This document shows positions 17,669 through 27,415 of a stretch of 64,000 bases of DNA, in pieces. The notes under the pieces were generated by a model that was given only the letters and a program-made list of their open reading frames with translations, had not been told where the DNA came from and ran no database searches. Made by a program: the position numbers and the translations under genes. Position 1 is the stretch's first letter; every line of letters begins with the position of its first letter. The stretch comes from an uncultured Verrucomicrobiae bacterium (GTDB lineage: Bacteria; Verrucomicrobiota; Verrucomicrobiia; Chthoniobacterales; UBA10450), in assembly GCA_963801815.1 (NCBI GenBank), contig CAWDGJ010000008.1, positions 32,001 through 96,000 on the forward strand. Direction: 5' to 3'.

Positions 17669-19623
17669 GCGTAGAAGAGAAGTAGCGCGAGCGTTCCGAG
17701 CGCGATCGCGCCGAGGTAGATCTGAATTTGTCCCGATTGAAATCGTGACATCACGCGACCAAAGCCGCGCGCACCAACCGTAGTCTCATCAACGCCCGCG
17801 TTGATAACGCCCTCGTCGGTCCCGGCCGTGATCGCTCCGAACAATCTCCCGATCGCGCCGATGCAGCGGACGAGCCCGTCCCAAATGTAACGGTCCATCC
17901 AATCGGAGATACGAGCTGCAAGCGCGGCGAGCGCGATGATTGTGCGCTCGTATAATTCATCGATCCACATCTTGTTTTCGAGAAAACGGAAGAGTGCGGG
18001 CAGTTTTGTTTGGACAGGATCGACTTCGCCAGCGCGCCGGTACAACCAAACACCGATCGCGATGCCGACGCTAACGAGCAGAAGTGAAAGCAAAATCATC
18101 GGCTGAAACAGGAGGTGTGAATCAAATTCGGCCGCGTGCCCTGTGAGATAACTTTCAAGCCATGGCCATGCCGGCGTAAGCACGATGCTGAATGCGACAG
18201 CACAAATCGCGAGCACGATCAGTGGAATTGTCATCACGCGCGGACTTTCGTGGGCGTGGTCGGCGTTGGCGCGCGGCGTTCCAAAAAAGACGTACATGAC
18301 CTGCCGCGTCATGTAGAGCGCAGTGAGAATAACGCCGATCAACAGCAGGTAATGCGGCGCGGGTGACTGCGGCCAACGCTCCGTTGCGTGCAGAACTTCT
18401 TCCTTCGTCCAACCGCCGGAGAACAAGAACGGCACGCCGCTCAATGCCATCATTCCGACGGCGTAAGTCGCGAAGGTAATCGGCATTAGTTTTCGCAAGC
18501 CGCCCATTTTTCGAATGTCCTGCTCGTGGTGAAGCCCGTGAATGACCGAACCGGCGCCGAGAAACAGCAGCGCCTTGAAAAATCCGTGCGCGAGCAGATG
18601 CATGATGCCGGCCGCGACCCCGCCCACGCCTAACGACACCATCATCAAACCAAGCTGCGAAACGGTTGAGTAAGCCAGAATGCGTTTGATGTCGGACTGC
18701 GCCACCGCAATGAGCGCCGCAATTAATCCGGTGATAACGCCGATCCAAACCACGACTGTGAGCGACGAAGTTACCCCGTTGATCGCGCCGACCGAGAAAA
18801 TCGGATAAACGCGCGCGACCAGAAAGACACCCGCCGCGACCATCGTTGCGGCATGGATCAATGCGCTGACCGGTGTAGGACCTTCCATCGCATCCGGCAA
18901 CCAAACGTGAAGCGGGAATTGCCCGGATTTGCCGACTGCGCCGCAGAAAATCAGCAGGGCAATGAACGTCGCGCTCGCACCGAGGACCACGACGTTCTCC
19001 AAACAACCGTGGCCACGGTCATAGAAAAGTAAGGTCCCGCTTCGATGATACAACCAAAGGATCCCGAGAAAAAAACCCATGTCACCGATGCGAGTGGTGA
19101 TAAACGCTTTCTTTGCTGCCGCCGCCGCACTCGGCCGTTCGATCCAAAATCCGATCAACAAATACGAAGCGAGGCCGACCAACTCCCAGAAAACAAAAAG
19201 AAGAAGCAAACTGTTAGCGACCACCACGCCGAGCATCGCCCCGGAAAAGAAGGAGAGATAAGCAAAGAACCGGGAGAAATTTTTGTCCTCGGCCATGTAA
19301 CCGATGCTGAAAACAAAAATGCAAAGACCGACGAGGGTGATCATCACCATCATCGCGGCGGCCAGCGGATCGAGAACAAAACCGATGCGCAACGGTTGCT
19401 CGCCGAACGTGAACCAGGTCAAATTCAGGACTGCGCGAAAAGCGTGATCGTGCAAAGTCGGAAGAAAGGCGAGAATCGACATCGCCAACGCTGCGACTTG
19501 TCCAATCACCGCGACGATCGCAGCAGTCAGACGCGCGTGCTTTCCGAAACCGAGAATCAACAGCGCGGCGACGATCGGTGTCGCCGGGATTAGCCAAACA
19601 TCGGTTGTAATCCAGGAATTCAT
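17656..19623 (-). CDS. nuoL: NADH-quinone oxidoreductase subunit L with elongated lateral helix
   Basis: FWELVGLASYLLIGFW, GKSGQFPLHVWLPDAMEGPTPVSALIHAATMVAAG, AHGFFKALLFL, QDIRKMGGL. Confidence 0.96.
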   Translation of the reverse strand: MNSWITTDVWLIPATPIVAALLILGFGKHARLTAAIVAVIGQVAALAMSILAFLPTLHDHAFRAVLNLTWFTFGEQPLRIGFVLDPLAAAMMVMITLVGLCIFVFSIGYMAEDKNFSRFFAYLSFFSGAMLGVVVANSLLLLFVFWELVGLASYLLIGFWIERPSAAAAAKKAFITTRIGDMGFFLGILWLYHRSGTLLFYDRGHGCLENVVVLGASATFIALLIFCGAVGKSGQFPLHVWLPDAMEGPTPVSALIHAATMVAAGVFLVARVYPIFSVGAINGVTSSLTVVVWIGVITGLIAALIAVAQSDIKRILAYSTVSQLGLMMVSLGVGGVAAGIMHLLAHGFFKALLFLGAGSVIHGLHHEQDIRKMGGLRKLMPITFATYAVGMMALSGVPFLFSGGWTKEEVLHATERWPQSPAPHYLLLIGVILTALYMTRQVMYVFFGTPRANADHAHESPRVMTIPLIVLAICAVAFSIVLTPAWPWLESYLTGHAAEFDSHLLFQPMILLSLLLVSVGIAIGVWLYRRAGEVDPVQTKLPALFRFLENKMWIDELYERTIIALAALAARISDWMDRYIWDGLVRCIGAIGRLFGAITAGTDEGVINAGVDETTVGARGFGRVMSRFQSGQIQIYLGAIALGTLALLLFYAWLA

Positions 19624-19934
19624 CCTTTGAGTCGATCGAGCTGGTCGACGTTTGTGGTCCGGAAATGTCGATAGACCGCGATCACCATGGCGAGACCGAC
19701 GGCAACCTCAGCCGCGGCGATCGCGATGGAAAAAATCACCACCATGACGCCGACCGGATAAGGTGATCGCGGACCGAACCGCCAGAAAGCGATGAAGTTC
19801 AGGTTCGCAGCCGCCAGCATCATTTCGATTCCGATTAAAATGAAAATCGCGTGACGACGGCTAAGCGCGGCAAGCAGACCAATGCAAAACAGGGCCGCGG
19901 ATACGATGAGGAAAAACTGGAGCGTTGCTGTCAT
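19620..19934 (-). CDS. nuoK: NADH-quinone oxidoreductase subunit K
   Basis: LFCIGL..RR..I.IEMML.AANLNF, AAAEVAVGLA; ATG 19934. Confidence 0.93.
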   Translation of the reverse strand: MTATLQFFLIVSAALFCIGLLAALSRRHAIFILIGIEMMLAAANLNFIAFWRFGPRSPYPVGVMVVIFSIAIAAAEVAVGLAMVIAVYRHFRTTNVDQLDRLKG

Positions 19935-19951
19935 CGGCCGCCAAATTGGAT

Positions 19952-20119
19952 TGGGGAGCGCATGCGCCTCGCATGCAAAAGCCAGTCCGGCTCGGACCGA
20001 TCGCGCCCCCGCGATCGCGAACTTTTTCTGCAAGTAAATCTCGGTTGCTGTGTCGCATTCAGAAGACAGCTTTTCGGCGAGGCGCCGAAAAGAACACGCG
20101 AGGGCGCGTGTGCTCCCCA
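19952..20119. repeat. REPIN-like element (TGGGGAGC...GCTCCCCA) between nuoJ and nuoK, containing a nested 17-bp repeat at 19981-19997
   Basis: Terminal inverted repeats and four internal hairpins; arms match 12075-12119. Confidence 0.85.
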
Positions 20120-20139
20120 GATGAGGAAGATCGACAACG

Positions 20140-20625
20140 TCATTGCGGTTTGTCCTCCATCACCAGAACCAGGGCACCGATTAGCGCAGCGGTTAGCAAA
20201 ACGCCGACGCATTGCAGCGGCCAAACATAATGAGTCATGAGCGCTTCCCCGATTTGTTTCACGGTAAGTGCCTTAACGACGGGCGGAGTGCTAAAAACAA
20301 ATTTCGTTCTGAGAATTGCCCAAACCAATCCGCCAAAAACCAAGACAGCAACCAGGACTCCACCCCACTTAAACCCGTGCTGCTGTTCGGCATCATGCCG
20401 AGTGAGCAAAATCGTGAACACGATCAGTACCGCGACCGCACCGACATATACGAAAATCTGAACGAGCCCCACAAACTCGGCTCCAAGGAGAAAGAAAAAC
20501 GCGGCAATCCCGACAAACATTACGGCAAAACTGAGCGCCGCATGCATCAGCCGGGGATTGGTTGCTGCAGCCAACGCGAAGGTGAGCGTGAAAATTGCGA
20601 TGATAGCAAACGCGACCGTGTTCAT
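20140..20625 (-). CDS. nuoJ: NADH-quinone oxidoreductase subunit J
   Basis: HAAL..LGAEFVGLVQIFVYVGAVAVLIVF, IG..L...Y..P; ATG 20625 overlaps the nuoH TGA. Confidence 0.92.
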   Translation of the reverse strand: MNTVAFAIIAIFTLTFALAAATNPRLMHAALSFAVMFVGIAAFFFLLGAEFVGLVQIFVYVGAVAVLIVFTILLTRHDAEQQHGFKWGGVLVAVLVFGGLVWAILRTKFVFSTPPVVKALTVKQIGEALMTHYVWPLQCVGVLLTAALIGALVLVMEDKPQ

Positions 20626-21812
20626 TCGGCGAAACGATAAGTGCGCGGCGCGAATTTCTTGCGGGTATCGAGAAACAACGAAAGCGCGACGTAAACCGCA
20701 ACAATGACCGCAAACGACCAGAGCCATCCGGCCAGACGCCGGCCATTGTAATACCAGACCGCCGCCGAAACGAGGCAGGTGAATGCCATCGGCAGCATGA
20801 ACTTCCAGGCGAAGTTCATCATCTGGTCCACCCGAATGCGCGGCAAGGTGCCGCGGATCCAAATGAAAACGAAAAGCAACACCGACAATTTCGCGAAGAA
20901 CCAGACATAGGATGGGACAAACGCGAGCCACGGCAGCGGCGCGTGCCATCCGCCGAGAAACAGGGTCACCGCCAGGCCGCTGACCGCAAACATCCCGAGA
21001 TATTCCGCCATGAAAAATGTGGCGTACTTGAACCCAGAGTATTCCGTCATGTGACCGGCCACGATTTCCGACTCGCCCTCCGGGACGTCGAACGGTGTTC
21101 GATTTGATTCCACGAGTCCGGAAACGAAAAACAAAATGAAAGCGGTCGCTCCCCACGGCGTCAGCACGAACCAGTGCGGCAGGAACCCAAAGTGATAATA
21201 CTTTTGCGCGAGGACGATTTTGTCGGGATTGAGCGAACCGACGACCATCACCACGGGCAACACTGTAATAATGAGCGGTAATTCGTAACTGATCATCTGC
21301 GCGATCGCGCGCATGGCGCCGAGCATGGAGAATTTGTTGTTGCTGCCCCAGCCCGCCATGAACACGGCCAGCTCCGTGGTCGATCCGACGGCGAAGAAAA
21401 ACAGAATCCCGCCGTCAATGACGAACGGCGTCATGTTTCGACCGTAGGGAATTACGCCGAGCGCGAGGATCGCCGCAGCTGCGACCAGGATCGGCGCGAA
21501 AAAATGGACAACCTTGTCCGCGCGCGCGGGCACAATGTCTTCCTTGATCAACATTTTGATGCCGTCGGCCACCGGTTGGAGCAGGCCGAACGGACCAACC
21601 CGGTTCGGGCCATAACGATTTTGCATCCGGCCCAGGATTTTTCGCTCGAGCACCGACATAAGCGCGAAGAGCGTCAAAAAAACTCCCAGCAACAGGGCGA
21701 TGTTGAGCAGGCTGGACACGATTTGAATCAGCCAGCCCGGGACGCGTCCGTTCAGGAACGAAAGCAGCCAATGTTTCGTGTAAATGAAGACTTGGTCGAG
21801 AGATTGACTCAC
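20622..21812 (-). CDS. nuoH: NADH-quinone oxidoreductase subunit H
   Basis: ERK..GRMQNRYGPNRVGPFGLLQPVADGIK..KED, AQMISYE, ESNRTPFD.PEGESE..G..TEYSG. Confidence 0.96.
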   Translation of the reverse strand: MSQSLDQVFIYTKHWLLSFLNGRVPGWLIQIVSSLLNIALLLGVFLTLFALMSVLERKILGRMQNRYGPNRVGPFGLLQPVADGIKMLIKEDIVPARADKVVHFFAPILVAAAAILALGVIPYGRNMTPFVIDGGILFFFAVGSTTELAVFMAGWGSNNKFSMLGAMRAIAQMISYELPLIITVLPVVMVVGSLNPDKIVLAQKYYHFGFLPHWFVLTPWGATAFILFFVSGLVESNRTPFDVPEGESEIVAGHMTEYSGFKYATFFMAEYLGMFAVSGLAVTLFLGGWHAPLPWLAFVPSYVWFFAKLSVLLFVFIWIRGTLPRIRVDQMMNFAWKFMLPMAFTCLVSAAVWYYNGRRLAGWLWSFAVIVAVYVALSLFLDTRKKFAPRTYRFAE

Positions 21813-22081
21813 CCTCGATGAAGAAAAGCGGGGCTGATTTATTTAATCAAGGAAGAACCGCTCCCGACCACGCCACATTTGTTCGGTTTAGCGGGACTAC
21901 AGCTAAAACCGGTGCTGGCTGCCGTATGGCAAGAGAGTAGTAATATTATTTCTGTTTATCAGTGTAAATCTGTGTTGAAACTCACTCGCCTCCCGGCTCG
22001 TTCGCCACTACCCTTGTGGCTTTACCTTCTATGTCGCTCGTCCCGCTCGCTCCATTGATCTGTGGCTGATTGTTTCCAGGA

Positions 22082-22456
22082 ATGACTCCAAACCCATATT
22101 TGTTCATCGTCGTCTTCGCGGGAGTGGCGCTGATGTTTCCGCTGTTGCCGCTCGCGCTCGCCTGGATGTGGCGAAGATTTTTTCAACCACCGAAACCAGG
22201 CGCCGAGAAGAATGCCATCTACGAATGCGGCGTGGAATCGACGGGCGAGGCCCACGTCCAGTTCCGGTCCCAATATTATCTCTACGCGATCATTTTTCTG
22301 ATCTTTGATGTGGAAGCGATTTTTCTGGTCCCGTTCGCGGTCGCGTTCACCGGCCTTCCGTTCGGCGCATTCATCGCCATTCTTGTCTTCCTGTTACTGT
22401 TGATCGAGGGACTGGTGTGGGCGTGGGGCAAAGGTTGTCTAAATTGGGCACGCTGA
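22082..22456 (+). CDS. nuoA: NADH-quinone oxidoreductase subunit A
   Basis: K...YECG, YYLYAIIFLIFDVEAIFL.PFA, W.KG.L.W. Confidence 0.95.
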   Translation: MTPNPYLFIVVFAGVALMFPLLPLALAWMWRRFFQPPKPGAEKNAIYECGVESTGEAHVQFRSQYYLYAIIFLIFDVEAIFLVPFAVAFTGLPFGAFIAILVFLLLLIEGLVWAWGKGCLNWAR

Positions 22457-22550
22457 AGCGGTGGTGATAAGAAGCTAAAAGCGTTACATCGTTACAATGG
22501 CGACGACTCTTTTGTAACCGTTGTAACTCATGTAACTTTGTAACGAGCTC

Positions 22551-23174
22551 ATGAGCGAACAAATCGACGAGAAATTACGCAGCGAGCTGCAACGCCAGGG
22601 CATTTGGGTCACATCCGTGCAGGAGCTTTACAACTGGGGCCGGAAGAATTCGATCTGGCCACTCCAGTTCGGGCTCGCCTGCTGCGCGATCGAAATGATT
22701 GCGACGGCAGCGTCGCGTTACGACATTGCGCGATTTGGCGGTGAGGTTTTTCGCCCTTCGCCGCGACAGGCCGATCTCATGATCGTCGCGGGCACGGTCA
22801 CGAAAAAAATGGCGCCACAAATCGTGCGGCTTTACAACCAAATGCCCGACCCAAAGTACGTGATCTCGATGGGCGCGTGCGCGATTTCGGGCGGTCCGTT
22901 CAAACAAGGTTACAACGTGCTCAAAGGAATCGATCGTTACATTCCAGTGGATGTTTACATTCCAGGTTGTCCGCCGCGGCCGGAGGCGTTGCTTCACGCC
23001 TTCATGGAATTGCAACGCAAGATCGACAGTCAAAAGTTGAGCGGCGAGAACAAAGCAGAATTTTTGAAACCAGGAGAGCCGAGTGAATTTCCGGTGCCGG
23101 CATTCGGCGAACACGATTTGAATCCGCCGGCGAACAAAGACGTTTATCAGCCGCCGGTGCTGGAAAGGACATGA
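22551..23174 (+). CDS. nuoB: NADH-quinone oxidoreductase subunit B
   Basis: [38 protein letters not shown]. Confidence 0.97.
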   Translation: MSEQIDEKLRSELQRQGIWVTSVQELYNWGRKNSIWPLQFGLACCAIEMIATAASRYDIARFGGEVFRPSPRQADLMIVAGTVTKKMAPQIVRLYNQMPDPKYVISMGACAISGGPFKQGYNVLKGIDRYIPVDVYIPGCPPRPEALLHAFMELQRKIDSQKLSGENKAEFLKPGEPSEFPVPAFGEHDLNPPANKDVYQPPVLERT

Positions 23175-23181
23175 ACACGCG

Positions 23182-23271
23182 AGGTGGATCGAGCGCTCCG
23201 CGCTCGATGATAGTATTTGGCGGCAAAGCCGCATTATTTTTGACATCGTCCTCGGAGCGGCCGATCCACCT
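23182..23271. repeat. ~90-bp REPIN-like element (GGTGGATC family), intergenic copy
   Basis: AGGTGGATCG...CGATCCACCT terminal inverted repeat; internal hairpins. Confidence 0.88.
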
Positions 23272-23285
23272 TCGAGCCGTTTGAC

Positions 23286-23972
23286 GTGGAAACTTTAGAG
23301 CAGATCAAAAACCGCGCGGAGCTGGCCGCGCGCGGCGCCAAGATTCAAATCGTCGTTAATCCCGGGCCTTCGGGACAATCCTCACTTTTGATAGACAACG
23401 ACCACGCGGTCGCGGTTGCCACGTTCCTTCGAGATCATCCGGCGCTGAGTTTTGACTTTTGCTCGAACGTCACCGGCGTTGACTGGCTCGATCGCGTCGT
23501 AAAGAAAACGACGAAGGTGAAGCAGGTCGTCGATGGCGTTGAGAAAGAAGTCGATCAGGTAAGCGAGGACAAAATTCCCGGTTATCTCGAAGCGGTTTAT
23601 CATCTCTACTCGGTCAAGCTCAAACACGGCCCGCTCATTATTAGAATGCGGACCGCAAATCGAACGGACAGCGCGCGACTCTCGTCACTCACGCCGGTTT
23701 GGCGCAGCGCCGAACTTCAGGAGCGTGAAATTTTCGATCTCTACGGAATTCATTTCGATGGCCATCCTGATCTGCGCCGAATTTTGATGTGGGACGAGTT
23801 CAAAGACTATCCGATGCGCAAGGATTACGTGCAGCCGGACGATTTCGAATGGGAACCGACGCCGCACGATCAAGTGCTCCAGCGTGCGAAACAGCATTAC
23901 ACGCCGCGTCCAACCTTGGATGGCGCGGAAAAGATTACGTCGCACAGCGACGTGGCTACACCAAACAAATGA
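23286..23972 (+). CDS. nuoC: NADH-quinone oxidoreductase subunit C
   Basis: FD....[50 protein letters not shown]. Confidence 0.93.
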   Translation: METLEQIKNRAELAARGAKIQIVVNPGPSGQSSLLIDNDHAVAVATFLRDHPALSFDFCSNVTGVDWLDRVVKKTTKVKQVVDGVEKEVDQVSEDKIPGYLEAVYHLYSVKLKHGPLIIRMRTANRTDSARLSSLTPVWRSAELQEREIFDLYGIHFDGHPDLRRILMWDEFKDYPMRKDYVQPDDFEWEPTPHDQVLQRAKQHYTPRPTLDGAEKITSHSDVATPNK

Positions 23973-25135
23973 GCGCGACACTGGAAACGATCGAGGCGAT
24001 GGAGCGACCACCGGTCACAATGAGCTCGCGACTCGATGGGGAGTTGCTCGAAGTGTCGATGGGGCCGCAGCACCCGTCGACGCACGGCGTCTTTCGAATG
24101 AATGTCGCGCTCGAGGGCGAGATCGTTCGCAAGCTCAAGCCGGTTTTCGGTTATCTGCACCGCAACCACGAACAAATCGGCGAGCACGCGACTTATCTCA
24201 GTTCGATGCCTTATACCGACCGGCTCGATTATTTTTGTTCGATGACGAACAACTGGGCCTATGCATTAAGCGTTGAAAAGCTCGCCGGTATCGAAGTTCC
24301 CGAGCGCGCGGAATATTTGCGCGTAATTCTGGCGGAGCTGACCCGACTGCAAAATCACGCGTCACTGCTGGGATTTTTGTTGAGTGACATGGGCGCATGG
24401 GGAACGCCGCTGATGTATGCGTTCCGCGAACGTGAGAAGATCCTCGATCTTTTCGAATCGCTCTCCGGATCTCGGATGATGTGCGATTACATGCGGTTCG
24501 GCGGTTGTCGGGTGGACCCGGACGACGCCTGGCTCGGGCGCGCGAAGCAGATTGTCGAACGGTTCCCGAAGTTTCTCGACGAATTCGAGGGATTAATTTT
24601 GCAAAACGAAATTGTGATCGCACGGACACAGAACGTGGGAAAACTCTCTCCCGAGTCAGCGATCAGCGCCGGAATCACAGGCCCCATGTTGCGCGCGTGC
24701 GGCGTGAATTATGATATTCGCAAAGTCGATGGTTACGGCATTTATCCACGATTCAAATTCCGCGTTCCGTTAGGCGATCACGGCGACACTTACGACCGGT
24801 TGATGATGCGCGCGCTCGAGATGCGCGAGAGCGTGGATATCTTGAAACAAGCGCTTCCGCAAATTCCGGCGGGACCAATCGTGAATCCGAAAGTCAAAGT
24901 GCGCGCGTTTCGGCCACCGGTTGGCGAAGCTTACGGCCGAATCGAAGCGCCAAAGGGCGAGCTGGGATTTTATCTGATCAGTGACGGCGGCCCGAATCCG
25001 TATCGTTATCGAGTTCGCCCACCAAGCTTCATCAATCTCACCATTCTCGAAGACATGTGTCTTGGCCACGTGGTGGCCGACGTAATGGTTATTCTCGGCA
25101 GCATCGACATCGTGATGGGCGAAGTCGATCGATGA
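23969..25135 (+). CDS. nuoD: NADH-quinone oxidoreductase subunit D
   Basis: [45 protein letters not shown] overlap with nuoC. Confidence 0.96.
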   Translation: MSATLETIEAMERPPVTMSSRLDGELLEVSMGPQHPSTHGVFRMNVALEGEIVRKLKPVFGYLHRNHEQIGEHATYLSSMPYTDRLDYFCSMTNNWAYALSVEKLAGIEVPERAEYLRVILAELTRLQNHASLLGFLLSDMGAWGTPLMYAFREREKILDLFESLSGSRMMCDYMRFGGCRVDPDDAWLGRAKQIVERFPKFLDEFEGLILQNEIVIARTQNVGKLSPESAISAGITGPMLRACGVNYDIRKVDGYGIYPRFKFRVPLGDHGDTYDRLMMRALEMRESVDILKQALPQIPAGPIVNPKVKVRAFRPPVGEAYGRIEAPKGELGFYLISDGGPNPYRYRVRPPSFINLTILEDMCLGHVVADVMVILGSIDIVMGEVDR

Positions 25136-25181
25136 GCGCAGCTCATCGAAGTTGAATCGTTTGTAACTTTTGTAACCTGCT

Positions 25182-25883
25182 TCACTTCAACCAGCCGCCA
25201 ACAGCCTGGACCGGTTCGATGTGATTCGGCGCAGTGATCCACGCGGCAACTGCTCCCGCGCGCGGATCCGCAACGAACGGGATTTCACTTTTACCGCGCG
25301 ACATTTTCTTGTTTGCCAACGACAAAACGACAAAATCCTGATTCAAATTGCGGCCACTATTTTCGCCCGCGCCAACTTTCGTTGTCAGATCAAAGCCAAG
25401 GGTCGCGATATGAAGATCGGCATCGTTTGCCGCGCCATTGGTTGAAGCATATTCAGCGACGATTTTTTGATCTTTGATCGACAATTTCAACACGCCTGGC
25501 TTTTCCGTTGAGACCGTTGGAACACTCCGGCCGGGCCATTCCCGTCCATCGAGCACGAATCCCGGGGTGTAAACGCTCTCACTTTTCCAAGTTTCCGAAT
25601 AGAGATACTGCCGCGCCGTCCACTCTTTCGCGGCGAACGGATCGCGCCAGCCCAGCCGGTCCCAATAATCGACGTGAAAAGCGAGCGGCACGAAATCTTT
25701 CCACAATCGCGCCTCGTTTTTGAGTTTGGAAAGCCAGGCTTCGGCCGGCGGACAACTGCTGCAACCCTGCGATGTAAAGAGCTCGATCAAGTGGGTCCGC
25801 GTCGGTTCGCTTTCGAAAACACGCTCCTCTGCGCGAACCGTTAATACGCAACCCAATATTAATAAAAGAGCAGCCAGTCGCAC
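25182..25883 (-). CDS. DUF1223-family thioredoxin-like secreted protein
   Basis: ELFTSQGCSSCPPAE, LAFHVDYWD.LGW.DPFA, VYTP; signal peptide after GTG 25883. Confidence 0.88.
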   Translation of the reverse strand: MRLAALLLILGCVLTVRAEERVFESEPTRTHLIELFTSQGCSSCPPAEAWLSKLKNEARLWKDFVPLAFHVDYWDRLGWRDPFAAKEWTARQYLYSETWKSESVYTPGFVLDGREWPGRSVPTVSTEKPGVLKLSIKDQKIVAEYASTNGAANDADLHIATLGFDLTTKVGAGENSGRNLNQDFVVLSLANKKMSRGKSEIPFVADPRAGAVAAWITAPNHIEPVQAVGGWLK

Positions 25884-25936
25884 CCTGTTTGAAATTTCCT
25901 TGTGAAATATGACGCGCTTTCGGCACATTAAAACAA

Positions 25937-26647
25937 ATGATTGGAACCGGCGTGCTAAAAGGGATGGCAGTGACGCTTCGGAATTTCGCCGGGAGCTACT
26001 TCGAGAAGGAGCGCCTGATCACCGTGCAATATCCCGAAGAGCGCAATCTGCTCCCGGAGAATTACCGGAATTTTCCGTTCCTGATTTACGACGGGAACGA
26101 TCCGCAGGCCGGCTTGCGATGCGTGGCCTGCCAGATTTGCGAAAAAGAGTGCCCGCCGCAGTGCATCTATATAGTTAAGAGCAAGGATAAGAAACCGGAT
26201 TACGTCGGGAAGCCGCAGTTTTATCCGGCAGTGTTCGACATCGACATCTCGGTTTGCATGAGCTGCCAGATCTGCGTTGAGGTGTGTCCGTTCGAAGCCA
26301 TCAAGATGGACAAGGACTTCGAGCTGAGTAAACGCGAGCGGTTCGACAATCTATTGTTCCGCAAAGAACAGCTATCGAAATCGAACGATTACTATCACAA
26401 AATTCATCCGATCGAAGCGGCAGCCGTGGACAAGAATTTAGGGGACGCGGCAGCGGCGGCCGAAGCGAAGAAGAAGGCCGCAGCTGAAGCAGCGGCAAAG
26501 GCAGCAGCAGCAAAAGCTCCTGTAGGAGATGCCGCCAGCGGCGTCCGAGCCGGACTGGCGGATGGGAAGCCAGCGGCTTCCCCTCCGACCACGCCGGGAT
26601 CTACATCAGCACCAGGCCAAGCGCCGCCCGACACAACAAAGCCTTAA
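25937..26647 (+). CDS. nuoI: NADH-quinone oxidoreductase subunit I with Ala/Lys/Pro-rich C-terminal tail
   Basis: TVQYPEE, CVACQICEKECP, CMSCQICVEVCPFEAI. Confidence 0.9.
   Translation: MIGTGVLKGMAVTLRNFAGSYFEKERLITVQYPEERNLLPENYRNFPFLIYDGNDPQAGLRCVACQICEKECPPQCIYIVKSKDKKPDYVGKPQFYPAVFDIDISVCMSCQICVEVCPFEAIKMDKDFELSKRERFDNLLFRKEQLSKSNDYYHKIHPIEAAAVDKNLGDAAAAAEAKKKAAAEAAAKAAAAKAPVGDAASGVRAGLADGKPAASPPTTPGSTSAPGQAPPDTTKP
26543..26559 (+). repeat. 17-bp hairpin repeat within the nuoI coding tail (reads VRAGLA)
   Basis: Exact GTCCGAGCCGGACTGGC. Confidence 0.85.
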
Positions 26648-26686
26648 AGCGCAGGCGGCCCGCCTTCGGCCTAGGTTCGGCGCGGC

Positions 26687-26702
26687 AGGCACGGGCAGTG
26701 CT
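26687..26702 (+). promoter_or_regulatory. Putative sigma-54 (-24/-12) promoter
   Basis: AGGCACGGGCAGTGCT = GG-N10-GC, about 20 nt upstream of ATG 26721. Confidence 0.5.
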
Positions 26703-26720
26703 TTGGATCATGGCCCTGCC

Positions 26721-27413
26721 ATGATCTCTCTACTGAAAAAAACGTGTTGGCTCTTAATTATTGCCGGTGGATCGACGTCGGCCGGCTTTGCCCAATCGAC
26801 CTTTTTCGAAGTTGCGTCGACGCCGTACGACCACCAAATGGAGCGGGTTCACCCGACCCTAGCAACACGGTCGACCTACGGCATTTATGGACCATCGTTA
26901 AGCGCCGTAAATCAGTGGATGACGGCACTGCGCGCGATGCCCTATCGCTACTCCCGCAAATGGCAAACACCGTTTGAAGTTGAAACCGCCAAAGTCGGCG
27001 ATTGCAAAGGCAAAGCGCTCGTTCTTTACCATCAGATGCAATCGAACGGCGCCACCCATGTGCGCCTGGTGATCGGAAAACGATGGGCCTACGATTCGCT
27101 TACTCACGCGTGGCTGGAATGGCAAACCAAAGTCGGCACGCTCCTGCTCGACCCGACCTTCAACTGGAACGCCGCCTTCAAATTGCGGGATCCACGAACT
27201 TACATCGCATTCTACGAATACGAAGGCCGTCACAAATACCGAGCCGGCGATTCGTTGCTAGTAAATCGCTCTCGCGCGACTCGCGCGCCGGCGGCCCCGG
27301 CACATGGCGTTAGGGCGAGACCCGTACGATCCGCTTCGAGACTTTGTTCGAACTCATGGTTCGACCAAGGGTCTGTCGACCCGCGATTCTTCTGGAACCG
27401 GCCGGGCCTTTAA
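26721..27413 (+). CDS. Secreted transglutaminase-like cysteine peptidase
   Basis: Signal peptide; WQTP.E....GDCKGKA, HAWLEW, LLDPT (Cys-His-Asp triad). Confidence 0.7.
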   Translation: MISLLKKTCWLLIIAGGSTSAGFAQSTFFEVASTPYDHQMERVHPTLATRSTYGIYGPSLSAVNQWMTALRAMPYRYSRKWQTPFEVETAKVGDCKGKALVLYHQMQSNGATHVRLVIGKRWAYDSLTHAWLEWQTKVGTLLLDPTFNWNAAFKLRDPRTYIAFYEYEGRHKYRAGDSLLVNRSRATRAPAAPAHGVRARPVRSASRLCSNSWFDQGSVDPRFFWNRPGL

Positions 27414-27415
27414 CT

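Noticed and set aside
20626..21156. Long N-terminal extension of NuoJ (338-aa ORF)
   Set aside because: It is an alternative frame overlapping nuoH; ATG 20625 gives a normal NuoJ with an ATGA overlap.
21834..21850. FNR box in the divergent nuo promoter
   Set aside because: Half-sites resemble TTGAT/ATCAA but the spacing is not the required 4 nt; kept only as a generic palindrome.
22551..25135. Group 4 [NiFe]-hydrogenase instead of complex I
   Set aside because: The NuoD-like protein lacks the N- and C-terminal CxxC Ni ligands (has DRLDY and DIVMGEVDR), NuoB has the tandem CC, and nuoA/J are present.
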